64,000 nt of DNA, taken from the NCBI GenBank assembly GCA_963676915.2, contig CAXXVK010000013.1, positions 30,609 to 94,608 on the forward strand, written 5' to 3'. The DNA is from Myxococcota bacterium. Lineage in GTDB: Bacteria; Myxococcota_A; SURF-8; G963663525. The position numbers and the translations under genes are program-made. Of this stretch, positions 17,534 to 26,993 are shown piece by piece (the stretch's first letter is position 1; each line of letters begins with the position of its first letter). The notes beneath the pieces were generated by a model. That model did no database searches. It saw only the letters and a program-made list of their open reading frames with translations, and was not told the DNA's origin.

Positions 17534-19695
17534 ATCTTCCGAAAATCCGCATTGCAACGGGAGGATGCTCGAATGCTCTGTGTGCCGTTTGCACTCAGCG
17601 GGGGCGAGTGGCTCCCCGACCTGTAAAAGATATTCTGGCCGAAATCGAAAGCGCCGCCGACAATGGTGCGAAGGATATTTACTTCGACGATCACGAGCCG
17701 CTTTCCCATCCTGAAATCAAAGCGATAGTAGCGGCTTGTGTGCGTTATCGGTTGCGTTTTATTCTTGCTGCGAGTGGACGTGTGCCGCTTGTGCCGAGAA
17801 CGCTGGATAATCTTCGAAAACTCGGTTTGAAAGCAGTAGTTTTTCGTTTAGCAGGATTTCACCCGGAGGTGGGGCAACTCGTCTGGGGTGATCGGCGCGT
17901 GGGAGAACATGCCGAAAGTGCGTTGCGGACAATTCTCGATAGCGGGTTGCCTTGTGAAGTGGAATGTCCGGTAACTCCCGACAATCGTGGGACGCTCGAC
18001 CGCAGTCTTCTTGAGCTGGAACGGTGTTTCGGCCTTAAGGGAAGGCTTGTGGACTTTGACGGACGTTTTACCGAAGACATCACCCGTGCGGAGAAGCGCG
18101 TGGCAATCCGGCGGGGTGAAAATACCCCGGTACGCACCACTTGCGTTCGTTTCCATCCCGTAAGGAGCGAGGAAACGTTCGAGCCTTCTCAGTGTCCCTA
18201 TCGTTCACGGGAAGATTCAGGTGAGTATGGTCCGAAATCTGCGTGGATAAGATTTCCCGATGGTTCTTGGAAGCGATTCGAAACCGATGAAGATGTTTCA
18301 CTTCATCTGACGGTGGCCAAAAATCTACGTGGTCGGATGCTGCTCCATGCGTCGGAGAGAACGTTGCCGGTAAGGCTCGACGACACTTGCAAAAGCTGCC
18401 CGCGCCTTGTGCGCTGCGGTGCGGCTTTTGTTCCCGACGATTCCCCGCACGAAATTTCCGACAAATCCGAGGAAGCTTGTTCGGCTCGTTTCGATGCGCT
18501 TCGAGAGGCTTTATCGAAGCATCCCGAGCGGCTGGAGGTCGCGGGAGCGTCTACGGTCTGTCATGCTGTGGAAGAAGGTGCGACGATTCCCGACATTGTG
18601 GAAGAAGCGTCGCTGGAAACCTGGGAAGTTGTCGATATCGCTCGCCAATATGGCTATGGTGTCGTGGATTACGACCTGGACCGCAACGTGTTCGATGGTT
18701 CCTGGCGGCTAGTACTTGGGGAAGATTCGCCCGCTTTGCAACGTGCTCCGGGGGCGCTGGCCGTGTTGCAGCTTTCTTCGGCTTGTGTCAACCGTTGCAT
18801 TATGTGCAGCCTGCCGCAGATGTTCCACGGACAATGGGTGTCCAGCGAACATTCCGTTCGTCTGCTCGAAGAACTTTACTTGTTGGGCTACGATACCTGC
18901 GACATTTTCGGCGGTGAAATAACCTTACGTAGCGATTTCGTCGAACTGCTGCGTTTCGCTAAGGAAATCGGCTTGCGGGCGACCTTCATCAGCTCGGGAT
19001 ACAACCTCGATCGTGCGCGTATCGATACTCTGGCCGAAGCTGGGGTGGACAAATGCACCCTCGCGTTGGATTCCCTCGATCCCGGACTTCACGATGCGAT
19101 CAAGAATCGGCCGGGCATCCACGAGCAAGCCATGCGTGCGATTCGTGCCGTGCTGGACAATGGCCGACTGCCTCTCGAAATCAACACCGTAGTGCTTACA
19201 CAGAATGTCTATGAACTTCCCGAACTTCACAAGGCGTTGGCGAAGATGGGTATCCGGCGTCATCGGCTGTTTTACTGCATCGATGGCCTGTTCGGGATGG
19301 GAGATCCACCCTATCTGACCTACGACCAGGCCTTGGATTTCATCCGGGAGGTGCATCCGAATCTGATGCGCTTGAGCCAAGAGAACGGAACCCTGATCGA
19401 CTGGTGTCCGCCGGTGGAGTTTTCACGACCCATCGAGGAAGAAGCGCGGAGGCTAAGTAAGGGAATTTACACGGATGATAGTGTATCCTGCACGGCTCCG
19501 GGAAAAGAAATCTACGTGATGGTGGATGGTTCGGTGTATCCCTGTGTCAACCCGACGATCTGGCGGCACGAGGCCGTAGGCAAAGTGGGGAGGGATCGAC
19601 TGATCGATATCGAACGCGGCTTCAAAATGCAGGAGTTTTGTCTAAAAGCCGGACATCTTCCCGCTTGTGCCAATTGCATTTCGAAACGAAGCTGA
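17530..19695 (+). CDS. Double radical-SAM-core protein with SPASM/twitch-like C-terminus
   Basis: The ATG overlaps the upstream stop (ATGA, 17530-17533). The N-terminal core is GGCSNALCAVC (CX4CX2C). There is a central CKSCPRLVRC. The second core is canonical, ACVNRCIMC plus FGGEITL. The tail is CTAPGKEIYVMVDGSVYPC ... CLKAGHLPACANC. Confidence 0.7.
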   Translation: MNLPKIRIATGGCSNALCAVCTQRGRVAPRPVKDILAEIESAADNGAKDIYFDDHEPLSHPEIKAIVAACVRYRLRFILAASGRVPLVPRTLDNLRKLGLKAVVFRLAGFHPEVGQLVWGDRRVGEHAESALRTILDSGLPCEVECPVTPDNRGTLDRSLLELERCFGLKGRLVDFDGRFTEDITRAEKRVAIRRGENTPVRTTCVRFHPVRSEETFEPSQCPYRSREDSGEYGPKSAWIRFPDGSWKRFETDEDVSLHLTVAKNLRGRMLLHASERTLPVRLDDTCKSCPRLVRCGAAFVPDDSPHEISDKSEEACSARFDALREALSKHPERLEVAGASTVCHAVEEGATIPDIVEEASLETWEVVDIARQYGYGVVDYDLDRNVFDGSWRLVLGEDSPALQRAPGALAVLQLSSACVNRCIMCSLPQMFHGQWVSSEHSVRLLEELYLLGYDTCDIFGGEITLRSDFVELLRFAKEIGLRATFISSGYNLDRARIDTLAEAGVDKCTLALDSLDPGLHDAIKNRPGIHEQAMRAIRAVLDNGRLPLEINTVVLTQNVYELPELHKALAKMGIRRHRLFYCIDGLFGMGDPPYLTYDQALDFIREVHPNLMRLSQENGTLIDWCPPVEFSRPIEEEARRLSKGIYTDDSVSCTAPGKEIYVMVDGSVYPCVNPTIWRHEAVGKVGRDRLIDIERGFKMQEFCLKAGHLPACANCISKRS

Positions 19696-19716
19696 TTACC
19701 GCGAAAAATCCCAGTG

Positions 19717-20418
19717 TCATTTTCCCGAAAAGCGATACGTTTGCCCGGCTTCGTCGAGGGTGAACGTTTCGCCTAACGGACTTTCCTGTTCCTCAGGATC
19801 GACCAGCCAGGCCCGAAGCGTGCGACCCACGGGAAGGTTTTCGCCGAGACAGGTAACCACGCTGTCACCTTCTGTTTCGGGTAGACAGGCGAAAGAGGGC
19901 AGCCGAAAGCCGGTTTCCACATCGTCGAAAGCCAACCTCCAGTCCGAGGCATTTTCCAAGGAAACTTCGGCTTGCCCGGTTTCGAGTGCTTCGACCACCA
20001 AAACCGCTTCGTGATTTTCACCCTCGGCGAGATCGATTTCCAACGGTTCGTCGGGGGCGTAGCTTTCGAGGCCGCCTTCGGTCATTCGAAACAGTATCGC
20101 CGTGACTTGTCGCGCCTTGCCAGCATCCACCGACAGCGATACGTCGAGTGTCTCTTCCGTGTCTTCTGCGGTTGTGGAAATCTGCGCTGTGGCTGCTTCC
20201 GTCATGTCGTCGGCATCAACCGATACCCAGAGCCTCGAAGCGTAATCCCACTGGGAGGTCGAAGTTTCTTCGGTGCCGCCCTCGAAACGTTTCAGAGAAG
20301 GAGTGTTTTCGGTTGTAATGACCACCGCGACACCCGCCGGTGCAGGTTGGCTGTCAATGAAACATCCTGGAATCACAAGAGAAAACAAAATCAACAGTAC
20401 GATGAATGAAGGTTTCAT
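19717..20418 (-). CDS. Lipoprotein, unknown function (last gene of the TPR/beta-barrel operon)
   Basis: Signal peptide MKPSFIVLLILFSLVIPGC with lipobox; 4-nt gap to the upstream gene. Confidence 0.7.
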   Translation of the reverse strand: MKPSFIVLLILFSLVIPGCFIDSQPAPAGVAVVITTENTPSLKRFEGGTEETSTSQWDYASRLWVSVDADDMTEAATAQISTTAEDTEETLDVSLSVDAGKARQVTAILFRMTEGGLESYAPDEPLEIDLAEGENHEAVLVVEALETGQAEVSLENASDWRLAFDDVETGFRLPSFACLPETEGDSVVTCLGENLPVGRTLRAWLVDPEEQESPLGETFTLDEAGQTYRFSGK

Positions 20419-20422
20419 GACG

Positions 20423-21187
20423 TTACCTCACCTCTACGCGGACGTGCAGACGTGCCTTGCCGCGTTCGATTTCCACGCCCCCGTTTTCACCGCCGACATC
20501 CCCCGCTTCCGAGCCTCCACCACCGGAGTCGAGACAGATTGACTCACCGCCTCCACCGCCGCTTTCCTTGCTATCACCGGAGCCGCTGGAGCCTTCACCG
20601 GAACCGGCGGTGTTCGAAACCGTGATGTCGGGGGGCGTTTCAAAGGCAAGGGGAGCCATCGCGGATGCAGGCATAAGGGAATCGGAAAACGCGATGGTTC
20701 GTGACGTATTTTCTACCGGTTCCCAGCCTGTTTCGCTGTGATACCAGCAGGTGGGAGTTTCTTCCGTGCGATATGTTTCACCATCTTTCGGGGTGAACGA
20801 GGAGTTTTTTTCAAGACAGATCGACGATTGAGTAGTAGTGCGTTCGATGCTTGCAACTCCCTGAAAATTCAAAGGAAGTTCTTGATCTTTTGTTCCTAGA
20901 ACTACGAGAACGGATTCCTCTGGGGCGGTTTGCAGGATCAGTTGCCCTTGGTTCAGATGAACGCCTTGTTTCAGGGCTATGTTGCTTTGCGCTTCCACGT
21001 CCACGATGGCACGACCCGGAAGCAGCAGACGGAGCCGGGAGTTTTTACCCGTGGAGACGTTTTGTACTTCCTCCGTGGGTTTGCAGGCTCTTTCGTCACA
21101 ATGGGTCGGTCCTTCCGACGCCGTAACTCTCCAGTTCGTCGAAGCTATCGTGCTGCACACGAAAAGGCTGAGAATCCAGGCTACCAT
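20423..21187 (-). CDS. Secreted protein with FecR-like segment and Gly/Ser-rich tail
   Basis: N-terminal hydrophobic signal. LLLPGRAIVDVEAQSNIALKQGVHLNQGQLIL resembles FecR-type domains. It overlaps the upstream gene by 7 nt. Confidence 0.55.
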   Translation of the reverse strand: MVAWILSLFVCSTIASTNWRVTASEGPTHCDERACKPTEEVQNVSTGKNSRLRLLLPGRAIVDVEAQSNIALKQGVHLNQGQLILQTAPEESVLVVLGTKDQELPLNFQGVASIERTTTQSSICLEKNSSFTPKDGETYRTEETPTCWYHSETGWEPVENTSRTIAFSDSLMPASAMAPLAFETPPDITVSNTAGSGEGSSGSGDSKESGGGGGESICLDSGGGGSEAGDVGGENGGVEIERGKARLHVRVEVR

Positions 21188-22731
21188 GATTGCCTCCAGG
21201 AGAACAGCAACGACACCGTGTGCCGTGAGTAGTCGTAAAATGAAACACTCGACAGGTTGGTAACGAGGTTGTAATTCAATCCCACTTCGAAATCATCCAG
21301 GAAGGGATAGGCCGCTCCCGCACCGCCGGAGATGCGGTGGTCCTTGCGTTTTTGTCCCCAGGATACGGATTCGTCCGAATGAAAATGGTCGATGTATTCG
21401 TAACGACTCCAGAAATTAAGTAAAAAACCTCCGGGGATCGAGGCGGACAATCCGCCGAACGGTCCTAAGCTCCAGCGGTCGTAATCGGCGCGGCGCGCGT
21501 CTTCGAAGCGCCCGGTCATTTCGAGGAAGAATTTCAGCTTCTGGTCCAGGAAGAAAAACGATTGTCCAAGCGAGCCGTTACCGGACCAGTTGTTTCGACC
21601 CAACAAACGGTAGAGGTTCCGTCCGAATCCGCCTCGTACCGTGGTTTCGCCGAAATCGTCTTCTTTGATCAACCATTTCACCCAACCCGAGTGAGTTTCA
21701 CTGTAGAGATAGAGGCTGTCTTCGTCGGCTTTCGAGCCACCGTCCAGGAGACTTAAAGCTCCAGTATATCCGGCGTAGGCTTCTTGGTCTCGCCCGAATC
21801 CGTGAAAGCGATGCCGGTAGCGAGCGCTCCAAGCACCGGATGTCGATGAAAAATCATTGGCCGGATCGGTGAAATAGGTGCTTCGATTAAACGACAGATC
21901 CACTCCGGCTAAATGGCGAGGAGTCCTTAAGGGAGAAAACGCCAGCGAAGCTCCCGTCGTAACGGCCGGAGATCCGGGACTTTTTCCTTCACCCAAAGGT
22001 TGATCGTCCGGTTGTTGCACGACATTGGAATCGTACTGCAACCCCAGCGTGATGCGCAGGTCGAGCCACGGGTCCGCCGCACCGTCACCATAGGTTCTTT
22101 CCAGTAGTTGCCGGGTGGCTTCATGGAATCTCGGATCGCTCGATGGATCGTCGAGAAAACGGGTGAAGGCGTTGCGTGCTTCGCCCTTGTCCCCTGTAAA
22201 CAGAAAGGTTTGTCCTTTATAGAAATCCAGCAGAGGAAAATCTTTTGAGGATTTTTTCGGGATTGCACGAAAATGGGTCAAAGCCGTTTTGGGATCGCCC
22301 AATTCCATGGAAGCCAATCCCATCAGATAATTCCAGCGATTGCGATCGGTTGGCAACGAGGGAGACAGCTTTTTAAGTGTTCGCAGCGCCCAGGTGTTTT
22401 TTTTCTGCGCCAAAAACGCTTCGGAAAGACGGAACGAGATATCCAGTCGTTCGGGAGCGAGGCGAGTGGCACGATAAAGTTGTTTTTCGGCAGCTTTCCA
22501 TTCACCTCGGCTGGCATACATTCGGGCCAGCGATAAACGGGCGTTCAGGCAGGACGGATCGGCCTTCAGTGCCGTTTCATACGCTTCGATAGCGGCGGTC
22601 GTGTCGTTGGAATGCTCAAGGTACGTTCCTTGTTCGCTCCAAAACGCGCACGTTTGCGCCCAAAGGGGAAAAGGTACGCAGAAAATCCACAAGATCCACA
22701 GGTACAGGTACGTTCGTTTCACGGGCGTCAC
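21181..22731 (-). CDS. TPR-repeat outer-membrane beta-barrel protein (DUF560/Slam-like architecture)
   Basis: Signal peptide ..PFPLWAQ and about five TPR-like repeats. These are followed by ~290 aa of alternating-hydrophobic strands ending LLFSWRQSW, an aromatic terminus typical of outer-membrane barrels. Confidence 0.5.
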   Translation of the reverse strand: MTPVKRTYLYLWILWIFCVPFPLWAQTCAFWSEQGTYLEHSNDTTAAIEAYETALKADPSCLNARLSLARMYASRGEWKAAEKQLYRATRLAPERLDISFRLSEAFLAQKKNTWALRTLKKLSPSLPTDRNRWNYLMGLASMELGDPKTALTHFRAIPKKSSKDFPLLDFYKGQTFLFTGDKGEARNAFTRFLDDPSSDPRFHEATRQLLERTYGDGAADPWLDLRITLGLQYDSNVVQQPDDQPLGEGKSPGSPAVTTGASLAFSPLRTPRHLAGVDLSFNRSTYFTDPANDFSSTSGAWSARYRHRFHGFGRDQEAYAGYTGALSLLDGGSKADEDSLYLYSETHSGWVKWLIKEDDFGETTVRGGFGRNLYRLLGRNNWSGNGSLGQSFFFLDQKLKFFLEMTGRFEDARRADYDRWSLGPFGGLSASIPGGFLLNFWSRYEYIDHFHSDESVSWGQKRKDHRISGGAGAAYPFLDDFEVGLNYNLVTNLSSVSFYDYSRHTVSLLFSWRQSW

Positions 22732-22873
22732 TCCGGTTTCGAATCACTTATTTTCCCTGTTGTACCGCTCTTTTGGGTGGCTTTCAAGCGGGAAATGGGG
22801 GGAATTTGACCGGAATACGATACGCTCTCGTGCGTTGTGGCAGATGATAAGAAAAACCGTTGTCGGTGAGATT

Positions 22874-23293
22874 TCAGGAACTGTGGTGTTCGAGGTATTT
22901 GTCTTCGTTAGAGCGCGTTGGCATCGTCAGGAGCATCAACACGACGGACCAGACACCGAAACCGAGCAAATAGGCGAGGTCGGCTCCCATGATGTAAAGA
23001 ACCAATCCGTATATGGCTATGGACTCACTCAAAGCCCAGCGAATAATGAGATAGCTCGTGTACGGCAACCGTCCAAAGAGACGCCCGGCCAGTAAAATCA
23101 CCCCCGTCATACCCATGGAAATCGCAGTCAACGCCATCAACAGCGTTTGCACGAAATTTTCGTCGCCAGCGGGAAAATCGCCGAACGTCCTCAACACGAA
23201 ACCGGCGGCGAGATAAAGAAACACCGAAAGGGTTAGTGTACCCCAGACGACCCACATCCTCGTTCGCATGGCATGATCGGTCGGTGTTTCCAT
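22874..23293 (-). CDS. Integral membrane protein (about 4 TM), unknown function
   Basis: 139-aa hydrophobic ORF, 3 nt downstream of the preceding gene. Confidence 0.5.
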   Translation of the reverse strand: METPTDHAMRTRMWVVWGTLTLSVFLYLAAGFVLRTFGDFPAGDENFVQTLLMALTAISMGMTGVILLAGRLFGRLPYTSYLIIRWALSESIAIYGLVLYIMGADLAYLLGFGVWSVVLMLLTMPTRSNEDKYLEHHSS

Positions 23294-23296
23294 GGT

Positions 23297-23818
23297 TCAA
23301 TCCTCCTCGGGCGGCTCTACGGGCGTGGTTCCACGAATTTCACTGGCGCTTTTGGTAGACTTTTTTTTGGCGGCGCTGCTTTTGGCGATGCGTCCCGTTT
23401 GAATCCCATCGGTCATCATCTGCGAGGTGGATTTTTCAAATTCTTTGGCATCGATTTCAGGGACGCGAATTCTGGAACGCTCGTTTTTGCGTTCTTGGAA
23501 TTCTTTTTCCTCCGCACGGAACTTTATCAACACGCGAAACGCTACGAAGATTGCTGCACCGACCTGAATGGCCATCCAAAGCCAGCGCAATCCCAATGAC
23601 CAGGATACGAAAATCGTACCGATGTTGACACCTACAACGCCGCAAATCAGAGCGAATTCGAGTTCTAGCCCGTTGAAGGCGTAAAAGATATAATTTTCCG
23701 GCGTAAGTTTCAATAACGTGCGAATCCGATCTCGTACTGGGGCATAGTTTTTATATCCGAAAAATCCCGCAGCAACTCCCAGTGCGATCGAAATCAGGGT
23801 GCCGATGAAGCTGCCCAT
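23297..23818 (-). CDS. Membrane protein with charged C-terminal tail, unknown function
   Basis: 173-aa ORF with three hydrophobic segments followed by a Lys/Glu-rich tail. Confidence 0.5.
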   Translation of the reverse strand: MGSFIGTLISIALGVAAGFFGYKNYAPVRDRIRTLLKLTPENYIFYAFNGLELEFALICGVVGVNIGTIFVSWSLGLRWLWMAIQVGAAIFVAFRVLIKFRAEEKEFQERKNERSRIRVPEIDAKEFEKSTSQMMTDGIQTGRIAKSSAAKKKSTKSASEIRGTTPVEPPEED

Positions 23819-23948
23819 GCTCCTCTCCTTTTCTACGGAAAATCAGTTTCATTTATTCATCGAAAAAGGCGGGAAGACACCTCTTCCCGCCTGAAAGCAC
23901 GTTCCTTTGCGTCACGCTCTCGTGATGAAACGAAAGAACGTTTACACG

Positions 23949-25022
23949 CTACTTGACGCGGAAGATATTGTAGCTGGCTTTGCCACCCTTGATTTTCAAC
24001 ACGGCGGCCAAACCCTTCGAGACTTTGCCGTCGTTCATTTGCCAGGGGTCGGAATCGGCAGCGCCGGGGTTGAGGTAGAGTTTGTCCGAAAGGGTGCCTT
24101 CGGCTACGACACTTTTGAAATCTCCGGCCATGGCTTTGCTTCCGGCTTCTTGAATGTTGGAGAAAATGCCGAAGTTGATGTTGTTGGATTTGAGGAATCC
24201 GGTCAACTTGGCATCACCCACGTTTCCACCCTCGGCAGCGAAATCGATGGCGGTTTTTCCAGTGCCTTTCGGTGCGGCATGACCCAACAAGACGGTGTTG
24301 CCTTTGGCACCTTTTCGCCATGTACCCAGTTGTCCCAGTTCCTTCGCGGTGTAGACACAGCCCGGTTTGTTGTGCATGAAATTCGTGTCGTAGTAACCGG
24401 GAAGGGTCAGAAGATCCACATCGTCGGTGACGAAATAACGGACCTTGTTGCCGTTGATCAGGTTCGGATAGGTTCCCGCCAATTCACCGAAAGCTTTGTC
24501 GAAGTCGTCGGCTTTTTCACGGTTTCCAACGATCACGAAGGTCAGCAGACCTTTTTTGCCCAAGAACGTGAGGATTTTTTTGAGATCGTTGTACTTTTCA
24601 CCGGAGTCGCCACCGACCAGCACGGCATCCACTTTGTTTTCGGCGAACCAGGCGAACATTTTGTCCAGCCCTTTGTACGTGGCGTCCAGATCGGTTTTGA
24701 TGTTGGCCAGCACACCGAAGGTGAATTCGCTGTCGGCATCGTTATCCAACAGGGAAAGTTTATTTCCGTTGAGTTGGTATTTCTTTCCACCGACCGTAAA
24801 GGATTTCGCGGCTTTGACATCTTTACCGAAGCAGGCATTGGCAAGATCGAAAGCCGGAGCTTTCGCTTCTTCTTTTTTCGGTTCTTCGACCTTTTTAGCC
24901 GCTTCCTGCTTGGCTTTTTCGTCCTTTTTCTGCTCGAGTTTTTCCCGATAAGTCTGACCCTGGCAGGCGGTCGTCAGGAGAAATGCAAGAAGCATCAGCA
25001 TCCATAGCATTTTTTTTGTCAT
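23949..25022 (-). CDS. Metallophosphoesterase-like lipoprotein
   Basis: Signal MLWMLMLLAFLLTTACQG. Motifs VLVGGDSGE, VIVGNRE and LLGHAAP resemble calcineurin-like phosphoesterase signatures. The start is taken at the internal ATG 25022 (MTKKML). Confidence 0.55.
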   Translation of the reverse strand: MTKKMLWMLMLLAFLLTTACQGQTYREKLEQKKDEKAKQEAAKKVEEPKKEEAKAPAFDLANACFGKDVKAAKSFTVGGKKYQLNGNKLSLLDNDADSEFTFGVLANIKTDLDATYKGLDKMFAWFAENKVDAVLVGGDSGEKYNDLKKILTFLGKKGLLTFVIVGNREKADDFDKAFGELAGTYPNLINGNKVRYFVTDDVDLLTLPGYYDTNFMHNKPGCVYTAKELGQLGTWRKGAKGNTVLLGHAAPKGTGKTAIDFAAEGGNVGDAKLTGFLKSNNINFGIFSNIQEAGSKAMAGDFKSVVAEGTLSDKLYLNPGAADSDPWQMNDGKVSKGLAAVLKIKGGKASYNIFRVK

Positions 25023-25080
25023 CGTTTCGTCCCTTTCCGAATAAAAACGGTCGTTTCCACGATATGAGGCTTGTTGATCA

Positions 25081-25248
25081 TTGGAAGCCATCCTAAGAAT
25101 ACTCTCCTGTCGCCTTTCGGATACTTTCGAGCAACTTCGCTGCCGGTCTCGACTTGAAAGACTTCCGGTATTTCGCGTCTCACCAACGACGAATTCGTCT
25201 CGAAATCATCTCGAAATCCTCGGTCGGTATTATTAGGATGACTTCTAG
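25081..25248 (-). repeat. Palindromic intergenic element 'family 1', full-length copy A
   Basis: ~22-bp imperfect terminal inverted repeats (TTGGAAGCCATCCTAAGAATAC / GTATTATTAGGATGACTTCTAG). It aligns end to end with 44814-44970, which has an 11-nt internal gap relative to this copy. It contains the palindrome GACGAATTCGTC and lies ~60 nt upstream of the 25022 start codon. Confidence 0.75.
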
Positions 25249-25385
25249 TCGTTTGTCTTCTCGCAGTATACCCAGTCCTTCAACCGAGTAAAGTATTTTT
25301 AGGCCAACATTTCCATGGAAATGGTTTGGCGAAACACAACACTCTCGGCAAAAAAACTTCAGATTTCCTGAAACTTATGCGGGAA

Positions 25386-26528
25386 TCAGCTAAACCACTC
25401 CAGAACGCGATCCAAAAAGCCCTTTTCTTCTTTTGTCTGGATTTTTCTTTTGCAACAGATCTCGTCGAATTTCTTCAACAAATCCTTCATTTCGGCATTG
25501 ACTTTTTTCGGCACCAGGATGTGCACGCGGACGTGCTGGTCGCCTCGGCCATAGCGTCCCAGGCGAGGCATTCCTTTGCCTTTCAGCCGGAAAAGTTGGC
25601 CCGAAGCCGTGCCCTTGGGAATGTCCAGCTCGGCTTCGCCATCCAATGTCGGAACCGTCACCTTGCCACCCAACACGGCCTGGGTGAATGTAATCGTAGT
25701 ATCCACAACGATATCTTCGTTTACGCGACGGAAGGTATCGTGCGGTTTGAGATTGACAACCACGTACAGGTCACCTGCCGGTCCACCTCCGCTGCCGGAT
25801 TCGCCTTCGCCACGCAGTTTCAGGCGTTGCCCGTGGTCGATGCCTGCCGGAACGTTGACGGTCAAATTGCGCTTGTGCGACTGGTACCCGGTGCCGTGGC
25901 AGTCCGAACATTTGTCACGAACGACACTTCCGCGCCCCTGGCAGGTGGGACAGGTCTGGGACATCGCCAGAATACCGTGCTGAATCCTGACGTGGCCCGA
26001 TCCGTGGCACATGGAACAGGTTTCGGGGCTGGTTCCCGGCTTCGCACCGGAACCGTCGCAGGTCTGGCAGGTTTCGCGCCGAGGCACCTCGATTTCTCGT
26101 TCTACACCTTTGGCGGCTTCTTCCAGGGTCAATTCCATGTCGTAGCGCAGATCATCTCCGCGCCGTCCTCGGGAACGTCGCCCGAAACCTCCGAAGGCAT
26201 CGCCGAAGAAATCTCCGAAAAGGTCGCCCAGAATATCGCCCAGTCCTCCACCGGCGGCGAAATTGTCGAAATCGAACCCACCGAAACCGGGTTGGCCGTT
26301 GGCGGCGTGACCATAGCGGTCGTACATCTGGCGTTTTTGAGCGTTGGAAAGCACTTCGTATGCTTCGGCGGCTTCCTTGAATTTCTCGGCAGCCTGGGGA
26401 TTGTCCTTGTTGCGATCCGGATGGTATTGAATCGCCAGTTTACGAAAGGCTTTTTTGATTTCGGTTGCGTCCGCCTCCCGGCCAACGCCGAGAACCTCGT
26501 AGTAATCTCTTTTCTGTTCCGCTGCCAC
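25386..26528 (-). CDS. dnaJ: Chaperone DnaJ (type I, with zinc-finger domain)
   Basis: [33 protein letters not shown], a G/F region and four CxxCxGxG repeats. A likely GTG start at 26528 gives [10 protein letters not shown]; the ORF is open to 26570. Confidence 0.9.
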   Translation of the reverse strand: MAAEQKRDYYEVLGVGREADATEIKKAFRKLAIQYHPDRNKDNPQAAEKFKEAAEAYEVLSNAQKRQMYDRYGHAANGQPGFGGFDFDNFAAGGGLGDILGDLFGDFFGDAFGGFGRRSRGRRGDDLRYDMELTLEEAAKGVEREIEVPRRETCQTCDGSGAKPGTSPETCSMCHGSGHVRIQHGILAMSQTCPTCQGRGSVVRDKCSDCHGTGYQSHKRNLTVNVPAGIDHGQRLKLRGEGESGSGGGPAGDLYVVVNLKPHDTFRRVNEDIVVDTTITFTQAVLGGKVTVPTLDGEAELDIPKGTASGQLFRLKGKGMPRLGRYGRGDQHVRVHILVPKKVNAEMKDLLKKFDEICCKRKIQTKEEKGFLDRVLEWFS

Positions 26529-26648
26529 CTGATCAACCCTGCCTTCCTGAACGAATGGAGTGCCTAACACACACCAAGACGACTCCTCCCCAAAAGATGC
26601 TCTATATCAATAAGTCCGTCCGCTGGAGAAGCAAGAAAAAAACGTAGG

Positions 26649-26868
26649 TATCCATCCGGGTGCATCACAAAACGTAGGGAATTGGCCCAACAATATTGAA
26701 TCATTCATTCATTGGGTTGTAGCGGCGAGGCGTAAGCCCGCCGAAAAGGGAGATTGGGGGCATAAAAGCAACTTTCAAAAGGCAAAAACGGCGGGCTTAC
26801 GCCTCGCCGCTACGAAAAAAGAGGATTTTACGAAAGTCGCACTATTTTGTGATGCACCCTATCCATCC
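26649..26868. mobile_element. MITE-like element: 202 bp (26658-26859) with 15-bp perfect TIRs, flanked by a 9-bp direct repeat
   Basis: TIRs are GGGTGCATCACAAAA (26658-26672) and TTTTGTGATGCACCC (26845-26859). TATCCATCC lies immediately outside both ends (26649-26657 and 26860-26868). An internal 25-bp perfect inverted repeat spans 26719-26743 and 26789-26813. No ORF. Confidence 0.75.
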
Positions 26869-26993
26869 CGAAGAGAGTGAATTCTTTTGTGGGAAATTTA
26901 CGAAATGGAGAGAATTCCTGACCCGGCATGAAAGGGTATCGGACTGAAAACCAGCCTGACCGGGTTTTCTTTATCCGTGAATCCGATGAATTA

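Noticed and set aside
23907-26567. Long plus-strand ORFs 23907-25007 (366 aa) and 25326-26567 (413 aa)
   Set aside because: They are antisense to the metallophosphoesterase-like gene and to dnaJ respectively. The minus-strand frames contain diagnostic motifs (J domain, CxxCxGxG) and the plus frames contain none.
26529-26657. HrcA/CIRCE operator (TTAGCACTC-N9-GAGTGCTAA) upstream of dnaJ, and likewise upstream of hsp70 at 12220-12421
   Set aside because: No sequence resembling the CIRCE inverted repeat was found in either leader.
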